This document shows positions 61,841 through 64,000 of a stretch of 64,000 nt of DNA, in pieces. Each line of letters starts with the position of its first letter. Within the stretch, counting starts at the first letter, position 1. A program made the position numbers and the translations under genes. The DNA is from Antedon mediterranea (Eukaryota; Animalia; Echinodermata). The notes under the pieces were generated by a model. It was not told where the DNA came from. It made no database searches and saw nothing but the letters and a program-made list of their open reading frames with translations. The DNA is taken from assembly GCF_964355755.1 (NCBI RefSeq), contig NC_092679.1:24721432-24785431 (forward strand). The letters run 5' to 3'.

Positions 61841-64000
61841 GGTATAAAAACTACAGTACATGTAATATACAAACAAGGAATGCATTTTCTTCAACTTAAT
61901 GTACGATCGCTGATTCCCAAAATATCTGAAATAAGGGAAATCGCATTAAAATCAAAGGCAGCAGTTATATCCATCACCGAGTCTTGGCTAGATGAGACTG
62001 TTCCTGATAATGAAGTAAACATAGATAGATATACCTTAGTTCGCAATGATAGATCTTCTCGTAGAGGAGGTGGAGTATGTATGTATGTGCGTACGGACAA
62101 AGCGTTTACCAAGAGAGAAGATTTAATGGACAATAATGTTGAATCAGTATGGATTGAACTCAACCTCCCGGATACAAAACCAATCGTTGTTGGAACCTAT
62201 TACCGTCCTCCTGAACAGAATGTCAACAATTTTCTAAACTTTTTCGAAGACACTGTAAATAAAATTAACAACCTTGAAACCATCATAAATGGTGATTTTA
62301 ACATAAATACTAACAGAGATTGTACTCAATCTACGAATTATAAAAATGTTCTCGAATTACTAGGATTCTCTAACTTGATAAGTGAAGACACTCGTTTTGA
62401 CAGGAATTCATCCTCATGTTTAGACCATATCCTATGTAATTCTCAAGACAAAATTTCTAATTCCGGTGTTATAAACACAGGCCTAAGTGATCATATGCTG
62501 ATATTTTGCACACGCAAATCTTGTAAAGCAAAATACTCATCGCATAAGACCATTTACTCAAGATCATTTAAACAGTACAACAAAGAGGAATTCCTGTCAA
62601 AACTGTCCGAGATAGATTGGACAAACGTTACATCTAAAGTTAATGTTAACGACGCATGGTCGTCATTTAAGGAAGCTCTTAGCTCCGTCATAAATTGTGT
62701 GGCACCCCTTAGAAAGATGAGGGTGAAACAAAGGTCAGATCCATGGTTTAACACAGATATTCTAAATGATATACGAACTCGTGATCAATATTTTAATAAA
62801 TTTAAAAAGAGTAAAATCAAAGAAGATCATGATATGTATTGTAAATTAAGAAACAGGGTCAAGCGCAATGTTAAAAAAGCTAAATCAACGTATTTTCGAA
62901 ATAAAATAATTGAAAATAAAAACAATCCTAAGAAATTATGGCAACATCTTAAGAAATTAGGATATAGTGAAAAGACGTCTGAACAAGCTAAAGTTGTTTT
63001 GGAAATAAATGAATCAAAAATTCACAATCCACAAGAGGTTGCTACACATTTTAATAATCATTTTACCAATGTAGCAAGATATCTTGTTGATAAACTTCCA
63101 CCCATGAGTAACATGTTTAACTATGGTTCCAAAATTGTAAAAGACTTTTATTCTTCAAAAGTTACAACTCTTTTTAGCCTTAAACCTGTGTCAGAAGAAT
63201 TCATTCTTAAACAACTTGAAAGTCTTGACCCTACGAAAAGTACAGGTCTCGATGGGCTACCAGCTAAATTCCTTAAAGATGGCGCCGGTGTACTGGCTTC
63301 CCCTTTAACGTATTTTATCAATTTGTCAATTAATACAGGAGTTGTTCCGAGTGATTTTAAAATAGCTAAAGTCATCCCACTGTATAAAAAAAAATGTCGT
63401 AAAAATCCAGAAAACTATCGACCCATCAGCGTCTTAAGTGTTGTCTCAAAAATTCTCGAAAGGTCGGTTCATGTTCAGTTAGAACAGTACCTTGTGGAAA
63501 ATGATCTTATTTATCAATATCAGTCAGGTTTTCGGCAATTTCATTCTACCGAAAGTACTTTAATTAATCTGTTAGACACAATTAAATTAAATAACTCCGA
63601 AGGTACACATACTGGTATGGTACTTATAGATTTATGTAAGGCATTCGACACTGTCGATCATGATATATTGTGTGAAAAGCTTTTGTTAATGGGCATCACC
63701 TCATTAGACTGGTTTCGTTCATATTTGTCAAACAGAAGCCAAATTGTTAAAATCGAAGACTCCTTATCCGTTCCCATGGATATTTCATGTGGAGTTCCAC
63801 TGGGTAGCATTCTGGGTCCTTTGCTTTTTTTATGTTTCATAAACGATATGGTTGTAAGTATCGACCCTGAATGCAAATTGCTGTTATATGCTGATGACAG
63901 TGCAATTGTTTTCTGGCACAAAGATCCGACTGTCGTCGCTGATAAACTTAGTAAAGCTCTTGATTCATGTAGAGTATGGCTTGTCGATAACAAACTATCT
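61841..64000 (+). mobile_element. Non-LTR retrotransposon (LINE, CR1/L2-group-like) ORF2: APE endonuclease plus reverse transcriptase, continues past window end
   Basis: Frame opens after TGA at 61838-61840, ATG at 61880. Motifs LQLNVRSL, ITESWL, RRGGGVCMYV, YRPP, GDFNI, LSDH (endonuclease) and NYRPISVL, QSGFR, DLCKAFDTV, GVPLGSILGPLLF, YADD at 63887-63898 (RT) are in one frame. Confidence 0.95.

Noticed and set aside
61891-63993. Minus-strand ORFs of 66-111 aa
   Set aside because: Antisense shadows of the LINE ORF2 on the + strand.

Overview
This is AT-rich, intron-containing animal (eukaryotic) genomic DNA, probably from a marine invertebrate such as an echinoderm (inference from repeat style and composition), not prokaryotic sequence. 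It holds three + strand protein-coding genes with GT-AG exons whose phases I checked by hand. (1) The 3' portion of FANCM (1-37079, 14 coding exons, helicase region upstream of the window), covering the MHF-binding region, MM1/MM2/MM3-like motifs, the ERCC4-like pseudonuclease and HhH2. (2) A two-exon two-pore-domain (K2P/KCNK) potassium channel (39195-43780, 383 aa). (3) A five-exon gamma-butyrobetaine dioxygenase-like gene (54849-59713, 426 aa) with a probable mitochondrial presequence and an altered substrate pocket. A young APE-type LINE ORF2 runs off the right end. The most striking structure is about 11 kb of more than a dozen mutually unrelated 32-80 bp tandem arrays packed into the CpG-poor FANCM introns, including two large satellites fused end to end, while no multi-copy array is visible after ~41.3 kb. 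There are also non-autonomous DNA transposons (P-like, PIF/Harbinger-like, Helitron-like), SINE-like heads and fold-back hairpins. No CRISPR array or clearly new multi-gene system can be supported.
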